Shown piece after piece: positions 48,601 to 63,790 of a stretch of 64,000 nt of DNA. The notes beneath the pieces were generated by a model. It worked only from the letters and a program-made list of their open reading frames with translations. It was not told the DNA's origin and searched no databases. Each line of letters opens with the position of its first letter. The first letter of the stretch is position 1. The position numbers and the translations under genes were made by a program. This DNA comes from Squalus acanthias. Its lineage: Eukaryota. The stretch spans positions 159,218,001 to 159,282,000 of the forward strand of contig CM059431.1 in the NCBI GenBank assembly GCA_030390025.1, written 5' to 3'.

Positions 48601-51600
48601 TACACCCACACCCCACTGACGCAGCCCAAAACCGACACACGCACTGACCCAACACCGACAGCCCAGAGACGCAGCTCAGCACAGAAACCCTACTGACACA
48701 GCACAACAACGACACCCCACTGACCCAGCACAACAACGACACCACAATGACCCAGCCCAACACCGACACCCCACTGACGCAGTCCTAAACCGACACACCA
48801 CTTACCCAGGCCAAAACCGACATCCTCTCTGACCCAGCCCGACACCGACACTCACTGACCAAGCCCAACACCGACACCTCACTGACCCAATCCAACACCG
48901 ACACCCCACTAAACCAGAATAACACCGACACGCCACTGGACAAGACTTAGACCGCCAGCCCACTAACACAATCCAAGACTGACACCCCACATACCCAACC
49001 CAACACCGATACCCTCACTGAACCAACAGCGACTCCTCAGGCACCTTACCTAAAGATCGACACCCCACTGACACAAACCTACAACGGCACCCCACTGAGA
49101 CACCCGAACACAGAAATACCACTAACACAGCCCAAAACCGACACCCTAATGACCCAGCCCGACACTGCATCCCTCACTGGCCAGACAGCGACACCCCACT
49201 GACCCAGTCCAACACAAACACCCCACTTACCCAGCCCCACACCGAAATCCCACAGGCACAGACATATAACGAAACCCCACTGATCGAGCGCAACACCGAA
49301 ACACCACTCACACAGCCAAACAACGACACCCCACTCACCCAGCCCAAAACCGAAACCCTACTCACCCAGCCCAACACCGAAGCCCTACTCACCCAGCCCA
49401 AAACCGAAACCCTACTGACACAGCGCAATACCGAAACCATACAGACCCAGCCCAACACCGACACCCCACTCACCCAGCCCAACACCGAAACGCTACTCAC
49501 CCAGCCCAACACCGAAATTCCACTGGCACAGCCCAACACCGAAACCCCACTGACACAGCCCAATACCGAAACCATACAGACCCAGCCCAACACCGACACC
49601 CCACTGACCCAGCCCAACACCGACAACCCACTGACCCAGCCCAACACCGACACCCCACTGACCCAGCACAACACCGACAACCCACTGACCCAGCCCAACA
49701 CCGACACCCCACTGACCCAGCCCAACACTGAAAATCCACTGACCCAGCCGAACACCGACACCCCACTGACCCAGACTAACACCGACACCACATTGACCCA
49801 GCCGTACACCGGCAACCCACTGACCCAGACCAACACCGACACCACACTGACACAGACCAACATCGACACCACACTGACACAGACCAACAGCGACACCACA
49901 TTGACCCAGCCCTACACCGACAACCCACTGACCCAGACCAACACCGACACCACACTGACCCAGCCCAACACCGAAACCTCACTGACCCAGTCCAACACCG
50001 ACACCCCACTGACCCAGCCCAACACCGACAACTCACTTACCGAGCCCCACACCGACACCATACTGACCCAGCACAACACCGACACCCCACTGACCCAGCC
50101 AACACCGACACCCCACTGACCCAGCCCAACACCGACAACTGACTGACCCAGCCCAACACCGACAACCTCACTGACCCAGCAAAACACCGAAATCCACTGA
50201 CCCGGCAACAACCCGAAAACACACTGACCCAGGCTTACACAGACACACCACTTACCCAGGCCAAAACCGACATCCTCTCTGACCCAATCCGACACCGGAC
50301 CCCACCTACCCAGCCCAACACCGACAGCACACTGACCCAGCCAAACTCCGACACCACACTGATCCAGCAAAACACCGACATTCACTGAACCGGCAACCAG
50401 CCGACAGCACACTGACCCAGCCCTACACTGACACCCCACTGACCAAGCCCAACACCGAGAACCTCACTGACCCACCAGCGATACCCCACTCACCTTACCC
50501 AAAGACCGGCAGCCCAGTGACACAGACCTACAACGGCAGCCCACTGAGACAGCCGTACACCGAAACCTCACTAACACAGCGCAAAACCGATAGCCCAATG
50601 ACCCAGCCCGACACCGAATCCCTCACTAGCCGGACAGCGACACTCCACTGACTCAGGCTAACACAGATACCCCACTGACCCAGCTCTACTCCGAAACCCC
50701 ACCGACGCAGACATAGAACGAGAACCCACTGACCCAGCCCAAAACGACACCCCACTGACACAGCCCAACACTGAAACCCAACTGAGCAACACAAACACAA
50801 CACCGACACCCCACTGACCAGCACAACAGCGACACCCCAATCACCCAGACCAACACCGACACCCCACTGACCCAGCACAACATCGACAACATACTGACAC
50901 TGCCATACACAAACACCCCACTGTCCCAGCAAAACACCGACAACCTAACTGACACAACACCGACACCCCACTGACCCAGTCCTACACCGAACATCCCACT
51001 GGCCTAGGCCAACACCAACACCCCACTGACCCAGCCCTACACCGACACTCCACTGGACAAGTCTTACCCCGGCAGCCGATTGCCCCCATTCAACACCGAC
51101 ACCCTCTCTGACACAATAGTGACACCCCACTTACCTTGCCAAAAGACCGAGACCCCACTTACACAGGCCTACAACGTCACCACACTTTGCAAGCCCTACA
51201 CCAAAAACCCACCTAAAACAGCTCAACACCGACACCCCTCTGACCCAGCCCAACATGGAAACTCTCACTGGCCTTACAGAGACACCGCTCTTACCCAGCC
51301 CAACACAGATACACCACTGACCCAGTCCTACACCGAACCCCCACGGACACAGGCATACAACGACAACACGCTGACCCATCCATAAACGAAACCACACTGA
51401 ACCAGCCCTACACCCAAACACCAATGACCCAGCCCAACACCGTCACCGCACTGAACCAGCCCAATCTTTCCACCCCATTCACCCAGCACAACACCGACAC
51501 CCCACTGACCCATCCCAACACCGACACCCAACTGACACAGCCCAAAACCGACACCCCACTGATCCAGCCAAGCAACGACACCCCCACTGATACAGTCCAA

Positions 51601-54600
51601 TACCGAAGCCCCACTGACACAGTCCAACACTGACACCCCACTAACACAGCCCAACACCGACACTCCACTGACACAGCCCAACTCCGACACCCCACTGACA
51701 CAGCCCAACACCGATACCCCACTGACACCACCCAACTTCGACACCCCACTGACACAGCCGAACACCAGCACCCCACTGACCCAGCCACACTCCGGCACCT
51801 CGCTGAGCCAGCAGAACACCGACACCTCAATGGAACAGTCCTACACCGACACCCCAGTGACAGAGCCCAAAACAGACACCCTCACTGATCCAACAGCGAC
51901 AACATACTGACCCCAGCCCAAAACCGACACCTCACTGACCCAACAGCGACACCGCACTGACCTTGCTCAAGACCGACACACCACTGACCCAGCCCTAAAC
52001 GACCCCACACTGACCCAGATCAATACCGAAACCCCAATGACCGAGCACAACACCCTCACTCCACTGACCCAATCAAATACCGACACCGCAATGACCCAGC
52101 TCAACACCGACACCAAACTGATCCAGCCAAACAGCGGCACCCAACTAACCCAGCCCAAAACTGCCACCCCACTCACCCAGCTCAACACCGACACCCCACT
52201 GATCAAGCCAAATAAAGGCACCCCAACTGATGCAGTCAATACCTACACGCCACAGACGCAACCCAACACCGACATCCCACTTACACAGCCCAACACCGAC
52301 ACCCTACTGACATAGCCCAAGACTGACACCCTCACTGACACAACATCGACACCCCACTGACATTAACCAAGATCGATACCCCACTGAGCCAGCCCTACAC
52401 TGAAACCCCACTGACCTAGAACGAAACTGACCTCCACTGATGCACCCTACCCCGACACCCCACTTACCCTCTCACTCTCTCTCTCTCCAATACCGAAACC
52501 ACACTGACACAGCTCAACACTGACACACCACTAACACAGCCCAACACCGACACCCCGCAGACACAGCCCAACACCGACACCCCACTGACCCAGCACAACA
52601 CCGACACCCCACTGTCCCAGCCCACCACCCACACCCACTGAACCAGCCCAACACCGACACCACACTGACCCAGCCCAACACCGACACCCCACTGAACCAG
52701 CCCAACACCGACACCCCACTGAACCAGACCAACACCGACACCCCACTGACCCAGCACAACCCCGACACCCCACTGAACCAGCCCAACACCGACAACCTCA
52801 CTGACCCAGCAAAACACCGAAATCCACTGACCCGGCAACAACCCGAAAACACACTGACCCAGGCCTACACAGACACACCACTTACCCAGGCCAAAACCGA
52901 CATCCTCTCTGACCCAGCCCGACAGCGGCACCCCACTTACCCAGCCCAACACCGAGACCCTCACTGACCCACCAGCGATACCCCACTCACCTTATCCAAA
53001 GACCGACAGCCCACTGACACAGACCTACAACGGCAGCCCGCTGAGACAGCCGTACACCGAAACCTCACTAACACAGCCCAAACCCGATAGCCCAATGACC
53101 CAGCCCGAGTCCAAATCCCTCACTAGCCGGACAGCGACACTCCACTGACCCAGGCTAACACAGATACCCCACTGAAACAGCTCTACACCGAAACCCCAAC
53201 GACACAGACATAGAACAAGAACCCACTGACCCAGCCCAAAACGACACCCCACTGACACAGCCCAACACCGATACCCAACTGAGCAACACAACACAGACAC
53301 CCCACTGATCAGCACAACACCGACACCCCACTCACACAGCCCAACACCGAAACCCCACTCACCCAGCACAACACCGACAACACACTGACACTGCCATACA
53401 CAAACACCCCACTGTCCCAGCAAAACACCGACAACCTAACTGACACAACACCGACACCCCACTGACCCAGTCCTACACCGATCATCCCACTGGCCGAGGC
53501 CAAGACCGACACCCCACTTACCCAGCCCAACACCGAGACCCTCACTGACCCACCAGCGATACCCCACTCACCTTACCCAAAGACCGACAGCCCACTGACA
53601 CAGACCTACAACGGCAGCCCACTGAGACAGCCGTACACCGAAACCTCACTAACACAGCCCAAACCCGATAGCCCAATGACCCAGCCCGACACCAAATCCC
53701 TCACTAGCCGGACAGCGACACTCCACTGACCCAGGCTAACACAGATACCCCACTGACACAGCTCTACACCGAAACCCCACCGACACAGACATAGAACGAG
53801 AATCCACTGACCCAGCCCAAAACGACACCCCACTGACACAGCCCAACACCGAAACCCAACTGAGCAACACAACACAGACACCCCACTGATCAGCACAGCA
53901 CCGACACCCCACTCACACAGCCAAACACCGAAACCCCACTCACCCAGCACAACACCGACAACACACTGACACTGCCATACACAAACACCCCACTGTCCCA
54001 GCAAAACACCGACAACCTAACTGACACAACACCGACACCCCACTGACCCAGCCCTACACCGACTCTCCACTGGACAACTCTTACACCGGCAGCCGATTGA
54101 CACCATTCAACACCGACACCCTCTCTGACACAATAGTGACACCCCACTCACCTTGCACAAAGACCGAGACCCCACTTACCCAGACCTACAACGTCACCAC
54201 ACTTTGCAAGCCCTACACCAAAAACCCACCTAAAACAGCACAACACCGACACCCCTCTGACCCAGCCCAACACGGAAACTCTCACTGGCTCGACTGCGAC
54301 ACCACACTGACCCAGACCAACACAGATACACCACTGACCCAGACCTACACCGAACCCCCACGGACACAGACATACAACGACAACACGCTGACCCATCTCT
54401 AAACGAAACCACACTGAACCAGCCCTACACCCAAACACCACTGACCCAGCCCAACACCGTCACCCCACTGACCCAGCCCAAACCTGCCACCCCATTCACC
54501 AAGCACAACACCGACACCCCACTGACACAGCCCAACACCGACACCCCACTGAAACAGCCCAACACCGACACCCCACTGACACAGCCCAAAACCGACACCC

Positions 54601-56150
54601 CACTGATCCAGCCAAACAACGACACTCCAACTGATACAGCCCAATACCGAAGCCCCACTGACACAGTCCAACACTGACATCCCACTAACACAGCCCAACA
54701 CCGACACACCACTGACACAGCCCAACTCCGAAACCCCACTGACACAGCCCAACACCGATACCCCACTGAAACAGCCCAACACCGACACCCCACTGACACC
54801 ACCCAACTCCGACAGCCCACTGACGCAGCCGAACACCGACACCCCACTGACCCAGCCACACACCGGCACCTCGCTGACCCAGCACAACACCGACACCGCA
54901 ATGAAACAGTCCAATACCGACACCCCACTGACAGAGCCCAATAAAGACACCCTCACTGATCTAACACCGACACCATACTGACCCAGCCCAACACCGACAC
55001 CTCACTGACCAACAGCGACACCGCACTGACCTTGCTCAAGACCGACACACCACTGACCCAACCCTACAACGGCAGTCCACTGAGCCAGCCCTAGACAGAC
55101 ACCGCATTGACCGATCCCAAAACTGACACCCCTATGACACAGCTCAACATCGAATTCCTCACTGGCCCGTCAGCGACACCCCACTGACACAGCGCAACAC
55201 CGACATGCCACTGACCCAGCGCAACACCAACACCCCACTGACCCAACCCTACACCGAAACTCCACAGAGCCAGCCATACAACGACAACCCGCTGACCCAG
55301 CCCTAAACGACCAAAACACTGACCCAGATCAATACACAAACCCCAATGACCGAGCCCAACACCCTCACTCCACTGACCCAATCAAATACCGACACCGCAA
55401 TGACCCAGCTCAACATCGACACCAAACTGATCCAGCCAAACAGCGGCACCCAACTAACCAAGCCCAAAACTGCCACCCCACTCACCCAGCTCAACACCGA
55501 CACCCCACTGATCCAGCCAAACAACGGCACCCCAACTGATACAGTCAATACCTACACGCCACAGACGCAACCCAACACCGATATCTCACTTACACAGCCC
55601 AACACCGACACCTCACTGACATAGTCCTACACTGACACCCCACTGGCCTAGAGCGAAACCGACCTGCACTGATGCACCCTACCTCGACACCCCACTGACC
55701 CTCTCACTCTCTCTCTCTCCAATACCGACACCCCAGTAACACAGCCCAACACCGACACCCCACTGACACAGCCCAACTCCGACACCCCACTGACACAGCC
55801 CAACTCCGACACCCCACTGACACAGCCCAACTCCGACACCCCACTGACACAGCCAACACCGACACCCCACTGACCTAGAACAACCCCGACAGCCCAAAGA
55901 CCCAGCACATCACCGACACCTCACTGACCCAGCCACACACCGGCACCTCGCTGACCCAGCACAACACCGACACCGCAATGAAACAGTCCATCACCGACAC
56001 CACACTGACCCAGCCACACACCGGCACCTCGCTGACCCAGCACAACACCGACACCGCAATGAAACAGTCCAACACCGACACCTCACTGACAGAGCCCAAA
56101 AAAGACACCCTCACTGATCCAACATCGACACCACACTGACCCAGCCCAAC
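42602..56150. repeat. 27-bp satellite (ACCCAGCCCAACACCGACACCCCACTG)n, ~13.5 kb, with higher-order duplications
   Basis: Reads as (TQPNTDTPL)n; most homogeneous at 44240-45200 and 47670-48630. Confidence 0.98.
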
Positions 56151-57049
56151 ATATTCCCTCTATAAATGTTTTTCTATCCGTGTTACTGATTCCGACCATG
56201 GGTAATTTCTGCTCTCCTTTCCTCCCCAGAGATGTTCCGACCTGTTCCAGGATGTTCTTCCCTCTGGCACGAGGGAGGCATCTTAACATTCGGCACCTGC
56301 TCTGGGCTGCATAGGAGTCTGTCTATTCCCCTGAATATTAAAAGTCCCACCACTATTGATGTACTTTTCCAATGCATCATATGTCTCTCATCCCACTTTG
56401 GGTGGCATCCTGCTCCCTGGTACCACACTGTTGCACAGGAAGACTCTCCTCTGAGTCACTGTCTCTATCCACCTTACAGTCCCCAATACCAGGTATCTAA
56501 TGAACAGTTCCAGTACTCAGTGGCTCCCTCCACCTGTGACTGTGATGCCCCTCCAGATGGTCACTCACATCGCTTTTTCTACTCAGCCCCTGTGTGAGCT
56601 ACAGGTTCTTGCACGTGATCTGGACCATTTGTAAGGACAGGAATTATATGTTAAAGCATTTTCTGAACATACCTGTGTCTTTCCTTATCCTTTTTGAAGA
56701 TGCACGATCTTCTCCCCTGTTTGGACCTTCAGCCGTGGTCGGGACAGGCGTTCCAATATTCTGATGCTCTGTAAACATTATTATATTAACAGGAGTGTTA
56801 GATGGAAGTATTAAAATGAGAAGGAGAACGCTGCCTTGTTAAACATGATATCAAGTCCCTCCTCCCCCATCAGTACAACAGCTGTTAGCTCTGGGTGTGA
56901 AGATTTCCCGAGTGTTATGATCAACATGTCACATTAGTGTGACAAAGACAGCTGCCCAATGAAAGCCAGTGAGTTCTGCTGATCTTTCGTGTGCATGTTG
57001 GCTGGCGCTGCGGATACGAGCTGTTCACTTCTATTTCCACTCTTTTCTC

Positions 57050-60035
57050 TCCGTTACCTTAACTCTCTATCCCTCCCTGATTGCTCTCTGCACTCATTAT
57101 GTCTCCTTTCATCTCTCCTCTCTCGGATACACTGCTCTTCCAAATCCCTACACCAACCCTTCATTACTCTTCGACCTTCCTAATCTCCTGGTGACTTCCC
57201 AGCCTTGAAACCCTCTTAGATAAGTCTACAGCTTTCCTCTGTGCCTGTCTTTGCATTCTCCGAACGGCCTACGGTGGCATTTGTTGCTTCCTCCTCACGA
57301 GCAGCAACCCCAAATGTATTATCCTACTCTTTCGCGGACCTTCCCTCCCAGTCCACACGCTGATTGCTAATCTTGCCAATCTCCTTCCCGTCTAACTCAC
57401 CACTCCCAGCGATAAACCTGTGGACACTGGCAATGCGTTAGCCATCACCGAACCTCTCCCCATTTCTCTCCAGAATGTCCATTCGCCATCGAACAAGGTC
57501 CTTGCCATCCATGAGCTTATCATGGATGATTGCATCGACATCATGGCGCTGATGGAAACTTGGCAAGGGGTGATGACACCTTACCCTAAAATGAAGCATC
57601 CCCACCTGGCTATACCTTCCAGCACTTGCCCAGCCAAGACAACCATGGCGGCAGTGTGGCTCTTATCACCAAATCTCACCTTGGTCTGTCTCCCTACTCC
57701 TCCACCACTTTATCCTCCTTTGAGCATCACACATTATTCCACAACTCTCACCACATTTAATATTCTCGTTCTCTATCCCCCACCCAAGTAACGTTATAAT
57801 TTTATCACCGTGATAGCTTCACTGATCTCGTCCCTCAGCCTCTGCAACGAGCGACTTCTCATCCTCGGTGATTTCAACCTTCATCTCAAATTGTGATGCT
57901 CTCTCTCCTCTGAGTTCACTGCCCTTCAAACTCCCTTAATCTCTCCTTCCATGTAAACGCCCCAACCCATATTAAGGGCTACACCCTCGACCTTACCATC
58001 TCTCGTGGCCTCGCTACACCGATCGTGTCAATCGCAAATAAAGCCTTCTCTGACCATTTGCTTCTGTCACTCTCCACCCACCTCCACTTTCTCCCCAAAC
58101 CCTACTACATTCCTCCCCTGGAAAAAAAACTCTCTCCCAACTCTCTTACAACTGCACTTATGAAATCCCAAAAACCAGCCTTTGGCCCTCCATTCACAAC
58201 AACATTTCTGCAGCTACCGATCTGTTCAACCACACACTCACCACCAGCTTCGATGCCGTAGTCCCTATTAAATCAATTACACTGTCTCACCCTGGCTGTT
58301 CCAACAGGTATGGTTCTGATCTTAGCTCCCTTAATTCCAAGAGACGCAGACTTGAACAGATATGGCGGACAACTGGTTTAGTCTTTCGTCATCACATCTG
58401 GCTGGACCACATAAAGCATTAAAGGTTCTTGCTCTCGTCTGCCAAAAATGCTCACTATTCCAGAATCATTATTGGAATGCAAAGCTAAACCCTGGCTTCT
58501 ATTCTCCACGGCTAACCTAATTCTTATACCCCTATTCCCTGTCTCCTCCACTCTCACCTCAAATAACAAGAGCGTGGAGCTCATGAACTTCTTTGTTTCT
58601 AAGATTGACAGCCTACTATCAGCTGCCTCTGCCACTTCTCTTCCTTCCCTTAGCCCACCAGGCCAAACTTCCCCTAAGTCTCCCCCCTGCCCCACCCCTG
58701 AACTGGCATTTTTCTCCAGTTTCTCTCCGATCTCCGCTCCTGACTTCGCCGTGCTCATATGAGACCCACGTCCTGCTCCCTCGACCCTATTCCCAGCAAA
58801 ATGCTGAACACTCAACTTCCTTGTCTGGCTCCTTTCTTAGCTGACATTGTTAACGGTTCTCTCTCCTCAGATACTGAGCCCCTCTCCTTCAAACCTGTCT
58901 TCATCACCACTCTCCTCAAAAAAACAACCCTCGACTCCTCCGTTCTTGCAATCTATCGCCCCATTTCCTACCTCCCTTTCCGCTCCAAAATCCTTGAACA
59001 TGTTGTCACCTCCCAAATCCATGCCCATCTTTCCCGGAACTCCATGTTTGAATCCCACCAATCAGGTTTCCGCTATTGCCACAGTACCGAAACGGCTCTC
59101 ATCGAAGTCACAAATGACACCGTTTGCGACTTTGACAAAGACAAAATATCCCTCCTCGTCCTTCTCAACTTCTCAGCAGCCTTTGACACGGTTGACCACT
59201 CCACAGTCCTCCAGCGCCTTTCCAGCGTCGTACAGCTGGGGGGTGGGGGATGGGTGGAGCTGCACTCGTCTGGTTCCATTCTTATCTTTTGTAGCCGGAG
59301 ACACACCTGGAATGACTTCTCTTCCCGCTCCCACAAGGTTACGTCTGGTGTCTCACAAGAATCTATCCTTGGCCCCCTGCTATTCCTCATCCACATGCTG
59401 CCCCTTGACGACATCATCGGAAAACACAGCGTCAGTTCCCACATGTACGCTGACGACATCCAGCTCTACCTCACCGCCACTTCTCTTGACCCCTCCACGG
59501 TCTCTAAATTGTCAGACTTCTTGTCCGACATCCAGTTGTGAATGATCAGAAATGTTCTCCAGTCAAATACTGCTAAGATATTGTTTTCATTCCCGCCACC
59601 GACTCGATCCCTCTCCTTAACATCTGCCTGAGGCCGAACCACACTCTCGGCAAACATATAGTCATTTTTGACACTGAACTGAGCTTTTGACCACCTATCT
59701 GCGGCATAACTAAGACCGCCTATTTCCACCTCTGTAACATCGCCCGTCTCCGCCTCTGCCTCAGCACATCTGCTGCTGGAACCCTCATCCATGCCTTTGT
59801 TACCTCTAGACTTGAAAATTCCAACGCACTCCTGGCTGGCCTCCCACAATCTTCCCTACGTAATCCTGACGTCATCTATATCTCGGATGCACGTGTCCTA
59901 ACTCACACCAAGACCCGTTCACCCATCACCTCTGTGCTCGCTGAACTACATTGGCTCCTGTTTAAGCAACGCCTCGATTTCAAAATTCTCACCCTTGTTT
60001 TCAATTCCCTCCATGGCCTCGACCCTCCCTACCTC
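57050..60035 (+). mobile_element. Long degenerate L2 LINE (endonuclease plus RT)
   Basis: ORF 58759-59541 with QSGFRYCHSTETAL, FSAAFDTVDH and HMYADDIQLY; endonuclease IDIMALMETW. Confidence 0.92.
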
Positions 60036-60039
60036 CAAT

Positions 60040-61580
60040 GTCTTCCAGCAAAGGCTATGTGCCCCGACAACATCCCGGCTATCGTGCTGAAGACTTGTGC
60101 TCCAGAAATAGCCGCGCCTCAAGCCAAGCTGTTCCAGTACAGCTACAACACTGGCATCTATCCGACTGGTAAACTGCCCAGGTTAGTCCTTTCCACAAAA
60201 AGACTAACAAATCCAACCCGATTAGTCTGATCTCAATCATCAGCCATGTGATTGAATGTGTCATCGATAGTGCTATCTAGCGGCACTAACTCACAAATAA
60301 CCTGCTCACTGTTGCCCAGTTTGGGTTCCACCAAGTCCACTCAGCTCCTGACCTAATCACAGCTTTGTTTCAAACATGGACACAGGAGGTGAGAGTAACT
60401 GTTCTTGACATCAAGGCAGCATTTGACTGCGTGTGGCATCAAGGAGCCCGAGTAAGACTGAAGTCATATGGGAATCGGGGGTGGGGGGGGGGCGCGAAAC
60501 GCTCCATTGTTGCAGACATATCCAGCACAAAGGAAGATGGTTCTGGTTTTTGAATCTCAATCAACACAGCCCCAGGACATCGCTGCAGGAGTTCCTCAGG
60601 GCAGTGTCCTAGACCCAACCATCTTCAGCTGCTTCATCAATGACCTTCCCTCCAACATAAGGTCAGAAAAGGGGATGTTCGCTGATGACTGCACAGTGTT
60701 CAGCGACATTCACATCTCCTCAGATAATGAAGCTGTCCATGCCCGCATGCAACAAGACCTGGACGACGTTCAGGCTTTTGCTGATAATTGTCAGGTAACA
60801 TTCGCGCCACAGAAGTACCCGGCAATGACTATCTCCAACAAGCGAGAGTCTAACCACCTCCGCTTGACATTCAACGGCATTACCATCGCCGAATCCCCAA
60901 CCATCAACACCCTGGGGGTCACCGTTGTCCTGAAACTTAACTAGATCAGCCACATAAAAACTGTGGCAACAAGAGCAGATCAGAGGCTAGGTATTCTGCG
61001 GCGAGTGTATCAACTCCTGACTCCCCAACGTCGTTCCATCATCTGCAAATCACAAGTAAGGAGTGTGATGGAATACTCTCCACTTGCCTTGATGAGTGCA
61101 GCTCCAGCAACACTCAAGAACATCGACACAATCCAGGTCAAATCAGCCCGCTTGTTGGCACCACATCCACCACGTTAAACATCCACTCCCTCCGCCACCG
61201 GCGTACTGTGGCGGCAGTGTGTACTTTCAAGACGATGCACTGCAGCAACTCGCCAAGGATACTTTGGCAGCACCTACCAAACCAGCGACCTCTACCACCT
61301 AGAAGGACAAGGGAAGCAGGCGCATGGGAACACCACCACCGCCAGGTTTCCCCTTCAAGTCACACACCATCCTGACTTAGAAGTATATCGCCGATACGTC
61401 ATCGTCGCTGGGTCAAAATCCTGGAACTCTCTAAATAACAGCACTATGGGAGTATTTTCACCACACGGACTGCAGCTTTTCAAGAAGGCAGCTCACCAGC
61501 ACCTTCTCAAGGGCAATTAGGGATGGGCAATAAATGCTAGCCTTTCCAGCGACGCCCACATCCCGTAAACGAATAAAAAA
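60040..61580 (+). mobile_element. CR1-like LINE nested in the L2; paralogue of 21530-23062
   Basis: [10 protein letters not shown] and GMFADDC motifs; same insertion point and same 5' truncation as 21530. Confidence 0.88.
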
Positions 61581-61599
61581 TCCCCCCGCCCCCGCGAGA

Positions 61600-61912
61600 T
61601 AAATGCGCTCCTATATTTCTGCCCTCTTGAGCATCCCTGATAATAATCGCTCAAGCATTGGTGGCCGTGCCATCTGTTGCCTAGGCCCTAAGCTCTGGAA
61701 ATCCTTCCCTAAACCTCTCCGACTCTCTACTTCACTTTCCTTCTTTAAGTCGCTCCATAAAACCAACCTATTTGACCAAGCTTTTAGTTATCTAACCTAT
61801 TTTCTCCTTACGTGGCTCGGTATCAAGTTTTTGTCTTATAATATACATGTGAAGCGCATTTGGGACGTTTTACTCCGTTCGAAGGGCTATATAAATACAA
61901 TTTGTTGTTGAT
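61600..61912 (+). mobile_element. L2 3' end
   Basis: GGRAICCLGPKLWKSFP; tail GCTATATAAATACAATTTGTTGTTG. Confidence 0.85.
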
Positions 61913-63584
61913 CTCCACAACCGAGTTCCAGATGGGCTCCCCTCGGCCGGGATTCCGGACTGAGAGTGCCCGTTTGTATGCTTTACTCACAGTGCACGCC
62001 AAAACGAGCCTTATTCCTGAGGTAGAGAATATTCTGCAGGGAAATATGGAGCTTGTGATCATTGATGAATTAAATGATCCTTCAGTAGGTTTTACACTCT
62101 GGCGGTATAATATTATATTTATTCACCGATTTTTGTTTAATATTTTGGATTTGCTCAGATTTGTTATTAAATTCTGGTAGTTTGTGACTATGATATCTAT
62201 CCACACACAATATATGTCTGGATGTGATCCCTCTGATCTCTATGGGCTGTGACATTGTCCGTGTGTTACTGGTGATGTGTCCTGTTTGGTGCTTCTATTT
62301 GAATATATTGACCATATCTCTCATGGTGTCAGCACCTGAGGAATCAGCACTGTAGCAGGTGAGGTCACTTACCACTGTTCCACTAATATTAACACTTATG
62401 AATAATATTATGAATCATGTAACTTTAAACAGTGAGATGATGCACAACATTGATTTCTGGAATATAATTAGGGGTCTGACAATCTCAGAATTGGCCATTA
62501 ATATACAAGTGGTAGATTTAACTGCTGTTTTACAATCACAATTCTCCACTTGTGCGCGTGTCTCGCTGTGTGTGTTCACACACGCGCGTCCAATCAAACT
62601 CTCAGTCAGCGTCCTTTCCTTTCCCCACTGGGGAAATATAGTTTCAGTCTCGGATCAGTAATTTCTCCAAAATATAGTTGAAGTTATTTTGCGAAATTAA
62701 TTTAGAACTAAGTTTGAGACATTGTAAAACTCAGTTATCTGCTGTTTCATACCTAGTATAATAAAGACATAAGCCACATAAGTCACAACAACAACTTGCA
62801 TTTCCACAGCTTGAGTGGAGCACAAACGCCGGCATGGTCTGGTTGGGCGGAATCGCCTGTTCTTTGAGGTATCTCCTACGTAACCGCATGTAATTCACAT
62901 TTCGCTCTCCATACTTTTCCCGCATCGTACCCTACTTCATCCGGGCATTTGCCTACTTCATTTTTTGTTAATTCTGCCTCCCCATGCTTCACTAACTCCT
63001 TATGGTTCACATGTATTTCGTTATTCCCTCTATTCCCCCCGCCGACAAAGATACTTCCTCTTGACGTTGCTCACTTAACCGGAATCCTGCTGTGATTTTC
63101 CTGAAATTAATTTATCAGATAATAAAATAGTTATCTTCCCTTTATTGGCAGGGATGTTGCGTTGTCAGTTTACGGGGGCGTCCGACTCGAAACCCATCGA
63201 TTGATGAATGATACATTCATTTATTTCCCTTAACTCCAAGATCAAGCGGGTGCTCAAAAGTACAAGACATACCACTGAACAGCGAAAGGAAACGGTGATC
63301 GGGTTAACAAGTGAATTGGAAATATTGTGAACTCAATTGCAATCACACAAATTTTTGTGGATATCATTACACCGAGTAATAAGGAAATAATTTTGGGAAA
63401 ACAGTTTGCGATATGAATAGAAAATAATCACGCAGCCATCAATAATTTAGCCAATGCATGACTGTAGCTGGTATAATTAAAGAACTGATAGTACATCACT
63501 ATAAAACTCAGAGGGATTTGCGGGAGTCGGGTCGGAGAAAGGCGTGAGAGGTATCTCTATTAATAAAGACAAAACCTCATCATC

Positions 63585-63790
63585 AACAACTTGCATTTGT
63601 ACGACGTCTTTAAAGTGGAAAATAAAGGAGTTTTACTGAAGCAAGAACGCACACATCCGGGACAACAAAAATGATAATAAGGGTTCAAGAAGATGTAGAT
63701 GAATTGCAGTCAAAAAAGTAGGTTTTTGATCATAAGTTTAATGATTGCCAGGGGACGTAGAGGTGGATAGTTTAGGGAGAGAATAACAAA
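63585..63790 (-). mobile_element. Old L2 3' end fragment
   Basis: CAACAACTTGCATTT start resembles 24260 and the antisense L2 tail. Confidence 0.55.

Noticed and set aside
43825..48769. Long ORFs (341-451 aa; TQPNTDTPL and GQWGVGVGL repeats) as mucin-like or structural proteins
   Set aside because: A 27-bp unit without stops opens several frames on both strands; there are no unique domains and the rest of the array has frequent frameshifts.
42602..56150. CRISPR array
   Set aside because: Contiguous satellite units with no unique spacers, no cas genes, and a eukaryotic context.
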